64,000 nt of DNA. Source: an uncultured bacterium. Lineage in GTDB: Bacteria > Chlamydiota > Chlamydiia > Chlamydiales > SM23-39. The position numbers and the translations under genes were made by a program. The stretch spans positions 64,001 to 128,000 of the forward strand of contig OY970323.1 of assembly GCA_963716985.1 (NCBI GenBank). Direction: 5' to 3'. Each line of letters begins with the position of its first letter. The stretch's first letter is position 1. Shown piece by piece: positions 21,548 through 32,115 of this stretch. Below the pieces are notes generated by a model. That model ran no database searches. It was not told the DNA's origin and saw nothing but the letters and a program-made list of their open reading frames with translations.

Positions 21548-22582
21548 ATGAAATCAAAACTATTTAAACTCTTGCCGCTAGTGCTCTTTTCGCTCGCAGC
21601 AAGTGGCTATTGTAACACCGCCCCTGGCGAACAGCCTTCTGGCTACGATCAGGGAAATCCGATTCAAGCGAACCAAATGGCAAGTGGCTATAACTCACCT
21701 GCTCGAATCGATGTTGAAGGCGCATGGGATTTTTATCTCACCGGCAGCCTCATCTACTGGCAAGCCAGGATGGATGGACTGAGCCTGGGATCCTATGCGA
21801 ATTTGCCGAAGAGTGGCAAGGTTTTGAATACTGAGTTTGAATACAAACCCGGATTCAAAGTAGGCCTTGGCATGAATTCCACTTTTGACAATTGGACTTT
21901 CTATGGGGAGTATACCTGGATTCGCAATGAGTCGGATACTTCTCACACAGTTCCATTAACAGCTACATCAACTCCATTTTGGAATACACCATCTTTCACC
22001 AATGTAAGCAGCGAATGGGAACACCACAATAATATCGCCGATTTTATTATGGGCAGATCGTATTATGTGGGAACCCACTTAACCTTCATGCCATTTATTG
22101 GCGCCCGTGCTTACTGGATGGATCAAGATCTTGATGTAACATATACAGTATCGCCCACCACTTCTGCATTTTCGCATGGCGATGTTGACTCTTGGGCGAT
22201 CGGCGCTCGCACCGGCATCCAAACAAGCTGGCTTCTTGGAAAAGATTTCCGCTTGATTGGCAATGTTGCAGGAAGCTTGGCCTATCAGAAACTTGAAGCC
22301 GAAATCCAGGCGTATTCGGTAACTGGCGCAAATGCTTTTAGATACCAAAATGATCATGGACAAATCACTCCAAACATCGAAGGCGCCCTCGGACTCGGCT
22401 GGGGAGCTTATTTCTCCAATCGCGAATGGCACTTCGATTTTGCAGCTCTCTATGAGTTCCACTATTTCTGGAATCAAAATGCTATGCGCACTCTGTTGCA
22501 AGAAACAACATTAGTAGGCGCAGCCGGTTCTGGCGATTTGATGTATCAAGGCCTTACACTAACTGCAAGGCTTGACTTCTAA
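21548..22582 (+). CDS. MOMP-like (Lpg1974-type) beta-barrel outer membrane protein 1
   Basis: Signal peptide; PARIDV, PGFKVG; C-terminal LDF. Confidence 0.85.
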   Translation: MKSKLFKLLPLVLFSLAASGYCNTAPGEQPSGYDQGNPIQANQMASGYNSPARIDVEGAWDFYLTGSLIYWQARMDGLSLGSYANLPKSGKVLNTEFEYKPGFKVGLGMNSTFDNWTFYGEYTWIRNESDTSHTVPLTATSTPFWNTPSFTNVSSEWEHHNNIADFIMGRSYYVGTHLTFMPFIGARAYWMDQDLDVTYTVSPTTSAFSHGDVDSWAIGARTGIQTSWLLGKDFRLIGNVAGSLAYQKLEAEIQAYSVTGANAFRYQNDHGQITPNIEGALGLGWGAYFSNREWHFDFAALYEFHYFWNQNAMRTLLQETTLVGAAGSGDLMYQGLTLTARLDF

Positions 22583-22605
22583 TCGTTGATCGAAAAAAAA
22601 ATTCA

Positions 22606-22643
22606 GCGCCAGGAGGGATTCTTTCCTCTTGGCGTTTTTTTTT
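22606..22643 (+). terminator. rho-independent terminator
   Basis: GCGCCAGGAGG...CCTCTTGGCGT stem followed by a T-run. Confidence 0.8.
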
Positions 22644-23026
22644 GTCTGCACGGCAGGTTGAGTTACGCAAGGAACTCCCGATTCGCGTGGTGCAGGAAAA
22701 AAAGCCGAAGAAATATCGTCCCTTTCATCAGAATGTTTGCCAAAAATTTTCTGCATCAGAATTCTCTCTTCTCCGCTCCGTTGACGGGCCAGCCAAAATT
22801 TCTCCGCCGTCCTTGCTCACAATTTTATGAAAATGAATTCTTCTGAGATGTTTTACGACTCTGTTGCACGATCATTTTTTTCACAAAAAGTTCCCGCTTC
22901 TCTCCCTGAAGAACAAAAATCAGGAAAGTGGCTTTGCTCATTTGTTCTTGAACAAATTTCCAAAAAACATCTATAGTGTCTAAATAGTGAATAATTTTTC
23001 GTTTCAGAAAAACGCTTCGAATAAAT

Positions 23027-24127
23027 ATGGAGAAAAAAAACATGAGATCTTTTCTTTCAAAGGCTCTTCCTACGCTAACGGCTGCTCTTTTATCAGTGGC
23101 TTCAGTAGCAAGCGCTGACAATAAAGTTACCTATGATCAAGGATATCCGGTCGACGAAAGTCAGATGAAGGGTATCTATAACTCCCAAGCAAGCATCGAC
23201 GTAGAATCTTCCTGGGACTTTTATGTAAATGGCGGTTTTATCTACTGGTTTGCCAAAGAACAGGGCTTGGACTTTGGAGTGATGCAAACGCCTCGACTAT
23301 CGATAACGGGCTCTACCTATGACATGCTCGATTTTCCGTTCGAATATAAGCCCGGATTCAAAGCGGGAGTCGGAACCCATTTTGACTATGATGATTGGAA
23401 CGTTTATGCACAATATACGCGTTTGATGTTCCGAAAAAGTCACTATGTCGTAGATCCCGTGACCACCTCCGACCTTTTTTCAACGTGGGATTCTTCTCCT
23501 TATCTCACAAATCCCTACTTTGATCTTAAAACATGTTGGAAACTCAGCTTTAACATTGTCGATCTGGAATGTTCCCGTCCTTACTTTGTTGGGAAGAAAC
23601 TCTCCTTTACTCCTCATGCAGGTCTGCGAGGCGGTTGGATCAACCAAAGATACAATCTTACGGGCGGTGAGAAAACGCTCTCTACCCTGAGATCCTTGAA
23701 TAAATCCAACACATGGTTAACGGGCATTAAAGCCGGAGTAGATACCAATTGGACCATCGGCGGCGGATTTAGATTTCTCGGAAATGCTGCAGGCAGCTTG
23801 AACTATCAGCATTGCGAGGCAAATCAATTCATTGATACCTATGTTACCGCGCTCGGACCTAGCAGCACACATACCGTGATCAAAAGAATAGGAGATGAAA
23901 AAGGACAAATCACTCCCAATTTTGAAGCAGCGCTTGGCATGGGATGGGGAACCTATCTTGATAACAATAACTGGCATTTTGACATCACTGCAGCCTATGA
24001 ATTTACCTATTATTGGAATCAAAACAAAATGCGCAGCTTGAATGATGCAAGCTCCAATTTTATCGATGGCGATGCCGGCGATTTGATGTTGCATGGTCTC
24101 ACTATGAATGCAAGAGTTGATTTCTAA
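23027..24127 (+). CDS. MOMP-like outer membrane protein 2
   Basis: Paralog of 21548-22582; C-terminal VDF. Confidence 0.85.
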   Translation: MEKKNMRSFLSKALPTLTAALLSVASVASADNKVTYDQGYPVDESQMKGIYNSQASIDVESSWDFYVNGGFIYWFAKEQGLDFGVMQTPRLSITGSTYDMLDFPFEYKPGFKAGVGTHFDYDDWNVYAQYTRLMFRKSHYVVDPVTTSDLFSTWDSSPYLTNPYFDLKTCWKLSFNIVDLECSRPYFVGKKLSFTPHAGLRGGWINQRYNLTGGEKTLSTLRSLNKSNTWLTGIKAGVDTNWTIGGGFRFLGNAAGSLNYQHCEANQFIDTYVTALGPSSTHTVIKRIGDEKGQITPNFEAALGMGWGTYLDNNNWHFDITAAYEFTYYWNQNKMRSLNDASSNFIDGDAGDLMLHGLTMNARVDF

Positions 24128-24137
24128 TCGGTGCGCC

Positions 24138-25253
24138 ATGAAAAAAGATTTAAAAATAGATGATCAAAAATGGAGAAAAAACGTGAAACGCTCAATTAAG
24201 TTTTTTTATTTTGTTGCAGCGATCCCTCTTCTCTTATCGATGGCCTCAGCAAAAGAGCCCGTTATGGAAAAGAGCACCCCTTCTTTTGAGCAGGGACAAA
24301 CTGCAAAAGAAACAGAGATGACATGCGGGTACAATGCATCGTCAAGAATCGATGTCAACGGAGCTTGGGACGTCTTTATCAACGGATCTTATATCCTTTG
24401 GCAGCCCAGACAATCCGGCTTGGAGATTGCAATCAAACATGCTACATTACCTGCCAATACATCAAGTGATGTTCCAATGGATTTTGATTTCTTTTCCGGA
24501 TTCAAAGTTGCATTTGGCACAAACCTGAATCATGATAATTGGATGGCGATCGCAGAATATACGCGCCTTCATACACGCAATCATGTTTCTTCCACGGTAG
24601 ATGGCGTAAACTATATTTTGATGCCTCTTTGTGCGCCCTTCACAGGTTCTGTCACCGCTCCTGCTTCATTATCGGCAGACGGCCATTGGCAGCTCAAATA
24701 TGATATGATTGATCTTTCCTTTTGCCGCCCTTGCTATGTCGGTACCCACCTGACTTTCAAGCCCTTTTTTGGTCTGAGAGGCGGTTGGATCGATCAACAT
24801 TTGGATGTTCGCTATGTGACTTTGACAGGTTCGACTGTTGATTCCTGGAACAAGGAAAATACCTGGCTCATTGGACCAAGAGCCGGTATTGGAATGAATT
24901 GGCTTCTTGGCGCCGGATTTAGGTTGCTCGCCAATGGCGCCGGCAGCTTGAACTATCAGAATTTAGAGCCTCGTCATACGGAAAGTGTCGGCACAGTAAT
25001 GGTCGTCACTACCGCTAAAGAAGAAGACCATCAACTCTGCCCGAACCTAGAAGGAGATTTTGGTTTTGGTTGGGGAACCTACTTCGACAACAACAACTGG
25101 CATTTTGATCTTTTGGCTTCCTATCATTTCGAAGTCTACTGGGATCAGAATAACATGCGCAGTTTGCGCGATGAACTCAATGGCGGCGTCTATTCAAAAC
25201 CAGGCGCTCTTAACCTGCATGGTCTAACAGTAACCGCACAACTCGATTTCTAA
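24138..25253 (+). CDS. MOMP-like outer membrane protein 3 (start uncertain)
   Basis: Paralog; NNNWHFD motif; C-terminal LDF. Confidence 0.85.
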   Translation: MKKDLKIDDQKWRKNVKRSIKFFYFVAAIPLLLSMASAKEPVMEKSTPSFEQGQTAKETEMTCGYNASSRIDVNGAWDVFINGSYILWQPRQSGLEIAIKHATLPANTSSDVPMDFDFFSGFKVAFGTNLNHDNWMAIAEYTRLHTRNHVSSTVDGVNYILMPLCAPFTGSVTAPASLSADGHWQLKYDMIDLSFCRPCYVGTHLTFKPFFGLRGGWIDQHLDVRYVTLTGSTVDSWNKENTWLIGPRAGIGMNWLLGAGFRLLANGAGSLNYQNLEPRHTESVGTVMVVTTAKEEDHQLCPNLEGDFGFGWGTYFDNNNWHFDLLASYHFEVYWDQNNMRSLRDELNGGVYSKPGALNLHGLTVTAQLDF

Positions 25254-25278
25254 TCGCAGTTTCCAAACACAATATGCA

Positions 25279-25314
25279 GCGGGAAGAGGGAATCTCCTTC
25301 TTCCCGTTTTTTTT
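25279..25314. terminator. rho-independent terminator between convergent genes
   Basis: CGGGAAGA...TCTTCCCG stem plus T8. Confidence 0.8.
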
Positions 25315-25324
25315 GACTAAAAAC

Positions 25325-26296
25325 TTAGATATTTTTCCTAGAATATATAGCCGCCCCTAGCAAAGGCGCTCTCTCATTGAGAATCACCTTGATGGGAATA
25401 TGGCGCAAAAGATCGGAAAACCGCCCCTTGTCCGCAAAAGAAGAAACAAAAGAACTCTTTTTCAGAAAATCAGGCAGAAGGGGGGCCATGCCGCCTCCTA
25501 TATAAACTCCTTGCAGAGCTAAAAACTTTAAAGCCAGATTACCCGCCTCTCTTCCATAGAGGGAAGAAAACCAGAGAAGCGCCTCTTCACAAAGCAGATC
25601 TTCTTTTTTAAGCGCTTTTTCTAGAATAAAAACGCTAGAGCCGCGCTCCTTCCAATGGCCTTGGGAGGCAGTTGTTTTTTTTTCCTGTTTTTTTTGCAAA
25701 AACGAAAGAAGAAAAACAAGTCCCGGCCCTGAAAGAATTCGTTCGTAAGAAACATGCCCATAGTGTTTTTTGAGCTCGCAAAAAAGCTCCCACTCTCTCT
25801 CATCGCTAGGAGAAAAATCAGAGTGGCCGCCCTCGCTTGCAAAAGGAATGAGTGTTTTTCCATTCCAAAAAAGCCCCGCCTCTCCAAGTCCCGTTCCGGC
25901 GGAAATAAGAGCTGCATTTGCGCCGGCTCTCACAACGCCCTTTTGGAGAACAAAAAAATCCTTTTCCTCAAGAACGGAAATTCCATATGCATTGGCTTCG
26001 AGATCATTGAGCAGGTCGACTTTTTCAACATTCCCTATTTTTTGAATGTTTTTTGCATCCACAACCCAAGGCAGGTTGGTGGCCTTCACCTGTCCGTTTA
26101 AAACAGGGCCTGCAACCCCAAGGCAAATGCGAGAAATTTTTCCGCGCCTCTTCTTCAGATATTCTTGTAAAAGCTCATCAAAAGAAGCAAACTGTGCACT
26201 GAAAAAAAACTCTTCTTCCTTGAGCTCAATCTTTCCTCTTCCGGCAACGAGAGCCAAACGAACCTTGGTCCCGCCGATATCTCCAACTAAAATCAT
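25325..26296 (-). CDS. glk: glucokinase
   Basis: GDIGGT, LNDLEA, GTGLG, SEGGH, ERILSG.G. Confidence 0.95.
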   Translation of the reverse strand: MILVGDIGGTKVRLALVAGRGKIELKEEEFFFSAQFASFDELLQEYLKKRRGKISRICLGVAGPVLNGQVKATNLPWVVDAKNIQKIGNVEKVDLLNDLEANAYGISVLEEKDFFVLQKGVVRAGANAALISAGTGLGEAGLFWNGKTLIPFASEGGHSDFSPSDEREWELFCELKKHYGHVSYERILSGPGLVFLLSFLQKKQEKKTTASQGHWKERGSSVFILEKALKKEDLLCEEALLWFSSLYGREAGNLALKFLALQGVYIGGGMAPLLPDFLKKSSFVSSFADKGRFSDLLRHIPIKVILNERAPLLGAAIYSRKNI

Positions 26297-26394
26297 TTTT
26301 TACCTCTTTACCCATTGAAGCAAATTGCGGGCCAATTTTCACTATCTTTTCAAATCCATGCAAATTATCATAAGGAAAAGAAAGGAGCAGTTCT

Positions 26395-27447
26395 ATGTCG
26401 AGCGACAATCTGGAAAAAAAGAAGGCGTTGCAATTGGCCATTTCCCACATCCAAAAACAGTTTGGAGACGGGTCGATCATGACCTTGGGGCAGCATCCCG
26501 ACAATCGAGGGGTGGATATCATCAAAACGGGGGCTGTTTCTTTGGATATCGCACTCGGAATTGGCGGTGTTCCTAGAGGAAGAGTCGTTGAAATCTACGG
26601 CCCCGAATCTTCCGGAAAATCCACGCTGGCTCTTCATATCGTAGCCAACGCACAAAAAACCGGCGGCCTTGCTGCGTATATTGATGCAGAACATGCTCTC
26701 GATCCTTTCTATGCAGCTCGCATTGGGGTGAATATCGATGAGCTGATGATTTCGCAGCCCGACAGCGGAGAAGAGGCTCTGAACATCGCAGAAATCCTTG
26801 CCCGGTCCAACGCGATCGACGTCGTTGTGATTGACTCGGTGGCCGCCCTGGTTCCCAAGTCTGAGCTCGAAGGCGAGATTGGAGATTCCTTCATGGGCCT
26901 GCAGGCTCGAATGATGTCGCAAGCGCTTCGGAAATTAACCTCGACTTTGGCAAAGAGCAAAACCTGCGCGATTTTTATTAACCAGATCCGAGAAAAAATC
27001 GGCATCATATTTGGAAACCCCGAAACCACAACAGGTGGAAGAGCCCTCAAATTTTATGCCTCCACGCGTTTAGAAATTCGCAGGGTTTCTTCGATCAAGG
27101 TAGCTGAGAATAAAGAGATCGGAAACCGCGTTCGCGTCAAAGTAGTGAAGAATAAAATGGCGCCTCCCTTCCAGACCGCGGAATTCGACATTCTCTTTGA
27201 CGAAGGAATTTCCCATACGGGAGCGTTGATCGACATTGGCGCAGAATATGGCATTCTAGAGAAAAAGGGCACCTGGTTTAGCTACAAAGGAACCCGCTTG
27301 GGGCAGGGAAGAGATGCCGTGCGATTGGAACTCAAAGAGCATCCAGAGATTGTGGTCGAGCTCGAAAAAGAGATTCTTGCGAAAGCAAAAGAAAAGCGCC
27401 CGCTCGCCGAAACAAAGGCAAAGGCGGAAGAGCCTCAAAGCGTTTGA
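26395..27447 (+). CDS. recA: recombinase RecA
   Basis: [37 protein letters not shown]. Confidence 0.99.
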   Translation: MSSDNLEKKKALQLAISHIQKQFGDGSIMTLGQHPDNRGVDIIKTGAVSLDIALGIGGVPRGRVVEIYGPESSGKSTLALHIVANAQKTGGLAAYIDAEHALDPFYAARIGVNIDELMISQPDSGEEALNIAEILARSNAIDVVVIDSVAALVPKSELEGEIGDSFMGLQARMMSQALRKLTSTLAKSKTCAIFINQIREKIGIIFGNPETTTGGRALKFYASTRLEIRRVSSIKVAENKEIGNRVRVKVVKNKMAPPFQTAEFDILFDEGISHTGALIDIGAEYGILEKKGTWFSYKGTRLGQGRDAVRLELKEHPEIVVELEKEILAKAKEKRPLAETKAKAEEPQSV

Positions 27448-28286
27448 GAGAGCAAAAGAGCGATTTCTTGAAAGGCCTTTGTAAAAAGGCCCATTTCTTT
27501 GAGTGCGCGGACAAAGGCTTTGATTTCTTTCCGAACAAGAGCTCGCGCTTTTTCCTTTCCAAGAAAAGACGCCATGTTTTTTCGATTCTCTCTCTTTAAA
27601 TCCTCTTCAAGATCTTGCAAATCGTCGGCGATTTGAAACGCCATTCCCAAATGAAACGCGATCTTCTTGACTTTTTTCACAGAGGAAAGATCGCCTCCGC
27701 CAAAAATCCAGCCCAAAAGAAATGCGATCTCAAAAAGGGTGATCGTCTTTTGATAGATGATTTGACAAATCCCTTTAAAGGTGGGTTTCGATAGGCTCAA
27801 ATCAAGGAACTGGCCTCCGGTGGCGCCATTGATCCCCGCAGCACTCGAAGCCTCTTCTAGGGCCAAAACAAGGCGTTTTCCAAAAGAGCGATCTTTGATC
27901 TTTTTCGCGTTTTTCACGATTCTCTCGTAGCCCATGGAGATGAGAGAATAGCTCGCAAGCAGTGCCGTGTTTTCTCCAAATGCTCGATGAAGAGAGGGCT
28001 TTTCTCTTCTCATCTCTTCGTTATCCATGCAGGGAAGATCATCGGCGATCAGAGAGGCCGTGTGAAAAAATTCAACGGCCAGAGCAGAGGACATCACATT
28101 CCAATTTTTTCCAACAGCCTCTGCGACGCACAAGACAAGAAGAGGCCGCAAACGCTTTCCTCCGCTGGAAACAGAGTAGAGGCAAGCGCCATGCAAGGGA
28201 TTTTTTTCTTTGAAAGAGCGAAAGTATCTTTGCACTTCTGCTTCGAATTTTTTTCTAAATCTTTCGAGAAAAGGGCGCTCCATCAA
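27435..28286 (-). CDS. ispA: polyprenyl (geranyl/farnesyl) diphosphate synthase
   Basis: [30 protein letters not shown]. Confidence 0.9.
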   Translation of the reverse strand: MMERPFLERFRKKFEAEVQRYFRSFKEKNPLHGACLYSVSSGGKRLRPLLVLCVAEAVGKNWNVMSSALAVEFFHTASLIADDLPCMDNEEMRREKPSLHRAFGENTALLASYSLISMGYERIVKNAKKIKDRSFGKRLVLALEEASSAAGINGATGGQFLDLSLSKPTFKGICQIIYQKTITLFEIAFLLGWIFGGGDLSSVKKVKKIAFHLGMAFQIADDLQDLEEDLKRENRKNMASFLGKEKARALVRKEIKAFVRALKEMGLFTKAFQEIALLLSQTL

Positions 28287-28981
28287 AAAGATTTCCCTTT
28301 AGAAACAATCACCAAACGCTCTTCCTTTTTTACGATGGAGTCAGGAGGAATAAATCCTTTTAAAGAAAGCAGGGGATGGCAAAAGCTATTCTTTCCGACA
28401 AAAGTTCCGGGACTTAAAACGCAATTGCATCCGATTTGTACGCCGTCGCCGATCATCGCTCCCAGCTTATTGGTTCCGGTTGCGATCTTTTTTCCTCTCA
28501 AAGAACAGACGATCTCTTGTCCGTCAAGACGGTAGTTGGCGCATGTAACGCCCGCGCCCAAATTCACCTTGCGGCCTAAAATCGAATTTCCAACATAAGC
28601 AAAGTGGGCAGCATGCGCATAGGGAAGTAGAAGGGAGTGCTTCACTTCGGTGCCGTGGCCAATCACGCAGTGATCGGCAATCAAAACGTTTTCCCGAAGA
28701 TAGGCAGAGTGGCGAATCGTGCAATGAGATCCAATGACGCAAGGTCCTTGAATATAGACGCCCTCTTCGATTTTGGTTCCCTTGCCGATCGAAATCAAGG
28801 ACGGGTTTTCCAAATGAACGGAAGAAGGAATGTTTGTCTCAATCTTTCCAAGGGAGAGTTTCGAAAAATAAGTATCAAGCAATAAAAGGGGAGAAAAGAC
28901 GGCAAGGCCCTCTTCCCAAAGAGAAGAAAATCCGCAATCTTCGAGAGAAAAGTACTGAGAAATATCCAGCTCTTGATCCAT
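28283..28981 (-). CDS. GlmU-like left-handed beta-helix acetyltransferase
   Basis: Hexapeptide repeats; HFAYVGNSILG..VNLGAG; KLGAMIGD. Confidence 0.85.
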   Translation of the reverse strand: MDQELDISQYFSLEDCGFSSLWEEGLAVFSPLLLLDTYFSKLSLGKIETNIPSSVHLENPSLISIGKGTKIEEGVYIQGPCVIGSHCTIRHSAYLRENVLIADHCVIGHGTEVKHSLLLPYAHAAHFAYVGNSILGRKVNLGAGVTCANYRLDGQEIVCSLRGKKIATGTNKLGAMIGDGVQIGCNCVLSPGTFVGKNSFCHPLLSLKGFIPPDSIVKKEERLVIVSKGKSF

Positions 28982-29059
28982 AATTTAGCTCGAATTTTAA
29001 GGCCTTAAGTGTACAAGAGAATTCCTTTCTTAAGGAAGAAAAAGGTGAACATTTCCGCA

Positions 29060-29230
29060 GTGCTTCTATAAAAACAATTTATAATGAATATCTTCTTCTT
29101 CTATCGGTGTGGAGATGTTGATAACACCGCCTTTTTAGAAGGGAAATTTTCTTGTTGATAAGTTGTGGACAAATTGTTGAGATCTGCCGGATATGAACAA
29201 AAAAAATTTTATCAACAAATCTATGAACAA
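29060..29230. promoter_or_regulatory. DnaA-box cluster with adjacent AT-rich tract; candidate oriC
   Basis: One-mismatch boxes TGTTGATAA (29116, 29153), TGTGGACAA (29164), TTATCAACA (29209) plus weaker ones. Confidence 0.65.
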
Positions 29231-29246
29231 GATGTTTACGAAAAAA

Positions 29247-30371
29247 ATGGCCATCTGTCCCCATCGATCAAACTGCAGCGGATGTGCAAAAGATGCGCAT
29301 CTATTGCCCCCGCCGATTTGGCAAGAGATGAAAGCCTATTTTTTAAATCACGGCTGCACGCCCGAGTTCTTTTCTCAAGAGCTCACAGCCTGGCGCTTGC
29401 GTGCAAAGCTTGCCGTGCGAGAGCAAGCAGGTGCGCTAAAAATCGGACTTTTTCGAAGAAACAGCCATGAGGTTGTGGAGATGCCAGATTGCCCTGCGCA
29501 CCATCCCCGGATCAACGAATCTGTTTTCGAATTAAAAAAAGAAATGCACCAGGCGCACATTCTTGGATATGAGGAAACAACGAATCGAGGAGATGTCCGC
29601 TATATTCAATTGACCGTTGAGAGATCCTCGCAAAAAGTGCAGCTGGTTTTGGTGTTCAACTCTCCTTGTCTTACTTCTAAAATGGAGGCATTTGCAAAAA
29701 CTCTCTTTGAAAAAAGCTCTCTTTGGCACTCCATTTGGATCAATCTGCAACCGGCAGCTACGAATACCATCTTTGGACCCACGTGGCATCATCTACAAGG
29801 TGAAGAGTTTCTCCGAGAAACAATTTTAGGGGAAGCGATTGCCTTTCATCCGGCGGCTTTTTTTCAAGCCCACATGGCGCTTTTTGAGACAATGATCGAA
29901 TCGATACGAAAGAATATTCTAACGACGCCCTCAATTGCGGAATTCTACGCGGGAGTGGGTCTGATTGGAAAATGCTGTAAGAATAGGGCCGCACACATTG
30001 ATCTCGTAGAAGAAAATCCTTTTGCCGAAAGCTCTTTTTTTGCCTCTTTGAAAAAAGAGGAAGAAAAAACATTTTCCTATTTTTGCTGCGATGTGGATCA
30101 AAAAATCGATCTTTGCAAGGACGCAAAAACCATCATTGTTGATCCTCCTCGCCAAGGGATATCTTCGGCCCTCTTGCAAGCAATCTGTCAAAAAGAGAGC
30201 GGACAGCTTGTTTATTTGAGCTGTTATTTTCCCTCTTTTCGAAGGGATGTAGAACAACTTGTGCAACAAGGATGGACGATCGAAAAAGCAGAAGGGTATC
30301 TGCTCTTTCCCGGGTCCGATCATGTGGAAATTCTTGCTTTTTTGAAAAAAAATCTTTCTGAAAGTTTTTGA
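29247..30371 (+). CDS. RNA m5U methyltransferase (RlmD/TrmA family)
   Basis: CPH...CSGC, AFFQ, FYAGVG, IVDPPR.G, YLSC, FPGSDHVE; start placed at MAICPH. Confidence 0.9.
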   Translation: MAICPHRSNCSGCAKDAHLLPPPIWQEMKAYFLNHGCTPEFFSQELTAWRLRAKLAVREQAGALKIGLFRRNSHEVVEMPDCPAHHPRINESVFELKKEMHQAHILGYEETTNRGDVRYIQLTVERSSQKVQLVLVFNSPCLTSKMEAFAKTLFEKSSLWHSIWINLQPAATNTIFGPTWHHLQGEEFLRETILGEAIAFHPAAFFQAHMALFETMIESIRKNILTTPSIAEFYAGVGLIGKCCKNRAAHIDLVEENPFAESSFFASLKKEEEKTFSYFCCDVDQKIDLCKDAKTIIVDPPRQGISSALLQAICQKESGQLVYLSCYFPSFRRDVEQLVQQGWTIEKAEGYLLFPGSDHVEILAFLKKNLSESF

Positions 30372-30379
30372 ATCGCACT

Positions 30380-30960
30380 TTCTTTGTTATATAATCTAAT
30401 ATAATCTTATATGGTTGAAAATGTAGGTATTGGTATAGGGAAATTGTATGGCGTGGCATGAGGCGCACACGAACCGGACGGGAAAAGTCCGTCCGGGATC
30501 GTTTAACCGTCCATCGATTTTGGTAATCAGCAAAGACCTCATCTGTTCCTGCGGAGTTAAGGGCCAGAAGGGATGTTTGCCTGCTGAGAAAATCGAGCAG
30601 CGAAAAATCTGCGCAGGAGCAACGCATCGATGTCTGCCTCTGAATAGAGGCCAATCATTAGGTATATTTTAACCAAAGAAAAAGGTGTTTTTAGGATGCT
30701 TCCGGTGATTTCAATATACCTCAAGCGGCTTGGGATGGCCAACTTATCAGTCTAGTGCTCTGTCATAGTTAAAATTTAGGATTATAAGTTTGGCAACGGT
30801 CGGCATAAACTCAAGTCAATTTATCCTAAAATTAAAGAATGGCAGAGCACTAGACTTTTTGAAGCGTTTACGTGAGGCAGCATTTGGCATAAAAAACCAT
30901 TGCTTCTTTGTTATATAATCTAATATAATCTCATATAGTTGAAATTGCAGGTATTGGTAT
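30380..30960 (+). repeat. 57-bp direct repeat (30380-30436 and 30904-30960) of the fic upstream region
   Basis: 53/57 identical by eye; copy 1 has ATA where fic has ATG. Confidence 0.85.
30755..30850. mobile_element. 96-bp MITE, copy 2
   Basis: Same as 683-778 except three substitutions near the right end; TA duplicated in CTAG. Confidence 0.9.
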
Positions 30961-32032
30961 GGCAAAAACCCATCGTTTTGAGCAAAGGATTGCTTCTATT
31001 TCTCCTGAAATTTGGTCTAAAATTGCACAGATTGATGAATTAAAAGGCCAATGGATTGCGGGAGTTAACTTAAGTCCTCAAGTTTTAGGACGGCTCAAAC
31101 GTTCTGTATTAATTACTTCCTCTGGCGCTTCCACTCGCATTGAAGGAGCCAGGCTTTCTGATGAGGACGTAGAGAAACTTATGCGTGGGATCGATATGCA
31201 AAAGTTTACAGATCGCGACAAAGAGGAGGTAAGGGGATATTTTGAATTATTGGAAAATATTTTTAACTCATGGAAGTCCGTTAAATTTTCCGAAAATGCG
31301 ATTAAACATTTGCACAAAGAGCTTTTGAAATATGTGAAAAAAGATGCAATCCATCGAGGAGATTATAAGAAAGGAGAAAACAAAGTGCATAGGATTGATG
31401 CAGCGGGCAAGTCTGTTGGTGTGCTTTTTAACACAACGCCGGCGTATCTCACTCCAAAAGAGATGCAGGAATTGGTGGAATGGACGCAAGAATCTCTGTT
31501 AAAGAAGAAATACCATCCACTGGCTATCATAGGCAATTTTATCGTTGAGTTTTTGCAAATTCACCCATTTCAGGATGGGAATGGCCGCCTGAGCCGCATT
31601 TTGACCAATCTGCTTTTGCTTCAATCGGGCTATTTGTATATACCCTATATTTCGCATGAAAAGTTGATTGAAGATAACAAGCCGGACTATTACATGGCTT
31701 TGCGAAAGAGCCAAAAAACCTTTAAATCTAAACATGAAAATATTGTGCCCTGGCTGGATTTTTTCTTGACGATCTTCTTTGGCCAATCAAAAATGGCTCT
31801 CGAATTACTATCTCGAGAAAATGTAGAGAAAATTCTATCGGTTAAACAATTGATTGTCTGGCAGTATATGCAAACGGTTGATGAAGCGACACCTGGTGAA
31901 ATTGCAGAAGGTACAAAAGTGGCAAGACCTACAATCAATCAAGCGCTTGATAAATTAATCCGTCTCAAAAAAGTCGAACGCATGGGTCTTGGTCGCAGCA
32001 CAAGGTATCGTATTTTGATTAATAAAAATTGA
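30959..32032 (+). CDS. Fic-domain protein with C-terminal HTH
   Basis: HPFQDGNGRLSR; N-terminal autoinhibitory STRIEG. Confidence 0.92.
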   Translation: MAKTHRFEQRIASISPEIWSKIAQIDELKGQWIAGVNLSPQVLGRLKRSVLITSSGASTRIEGARLSDEDVEKLMRGIDMQKFTDRDKEEVRGYFELLENIFNSWKSVKFSENAIKHLHKELLKYVKKDAIHRGDYKKGENKVHRIDAAGKSVGVLFNTTPAYLTPKEMQELVEWTQESLLKKKYHPLAIIGNFIVEFLQIHPFQDGNGRLSRILTNLLLLQSGYLYIPYISHEKLIEDNKPDYYMALRKSQKTFKSKHENIVPWLDFFLTIFFGQSKMALELLSRENVEKILSVKQLIVWQYMQTVDEATPGEIAEGTKVARPTINQALDKLIRLKKVERMGLGRSTRYRILINKN

Positions 32033-32115
32033 CCTGCCCCCAAAGATCCGCATAAAAGGGGGGGCTTCTCTGTGAAAAGGAAAGGATACGTAGAGAGGTT
32101 TGTCTTTTTGCCATC

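Noticed and set aside
26368..27050. Long antisense ORFs over recA
   Set aside because: Usual shadow ORFs of a conserved gene; no independent evidence.
29193..29246. N-terminal MNKK..MNK repeats of the RNA methyltransferase
   Set aside because: They are the translation of DnaA-box-like DNA; the likely start is 29247.
30440..30655. Structured ncRNA (tmRNA/RNase P/6S) candidate
   Set aside because: Only one hairpin; no recognisable conserved termini or motifs; lies among island remnants.
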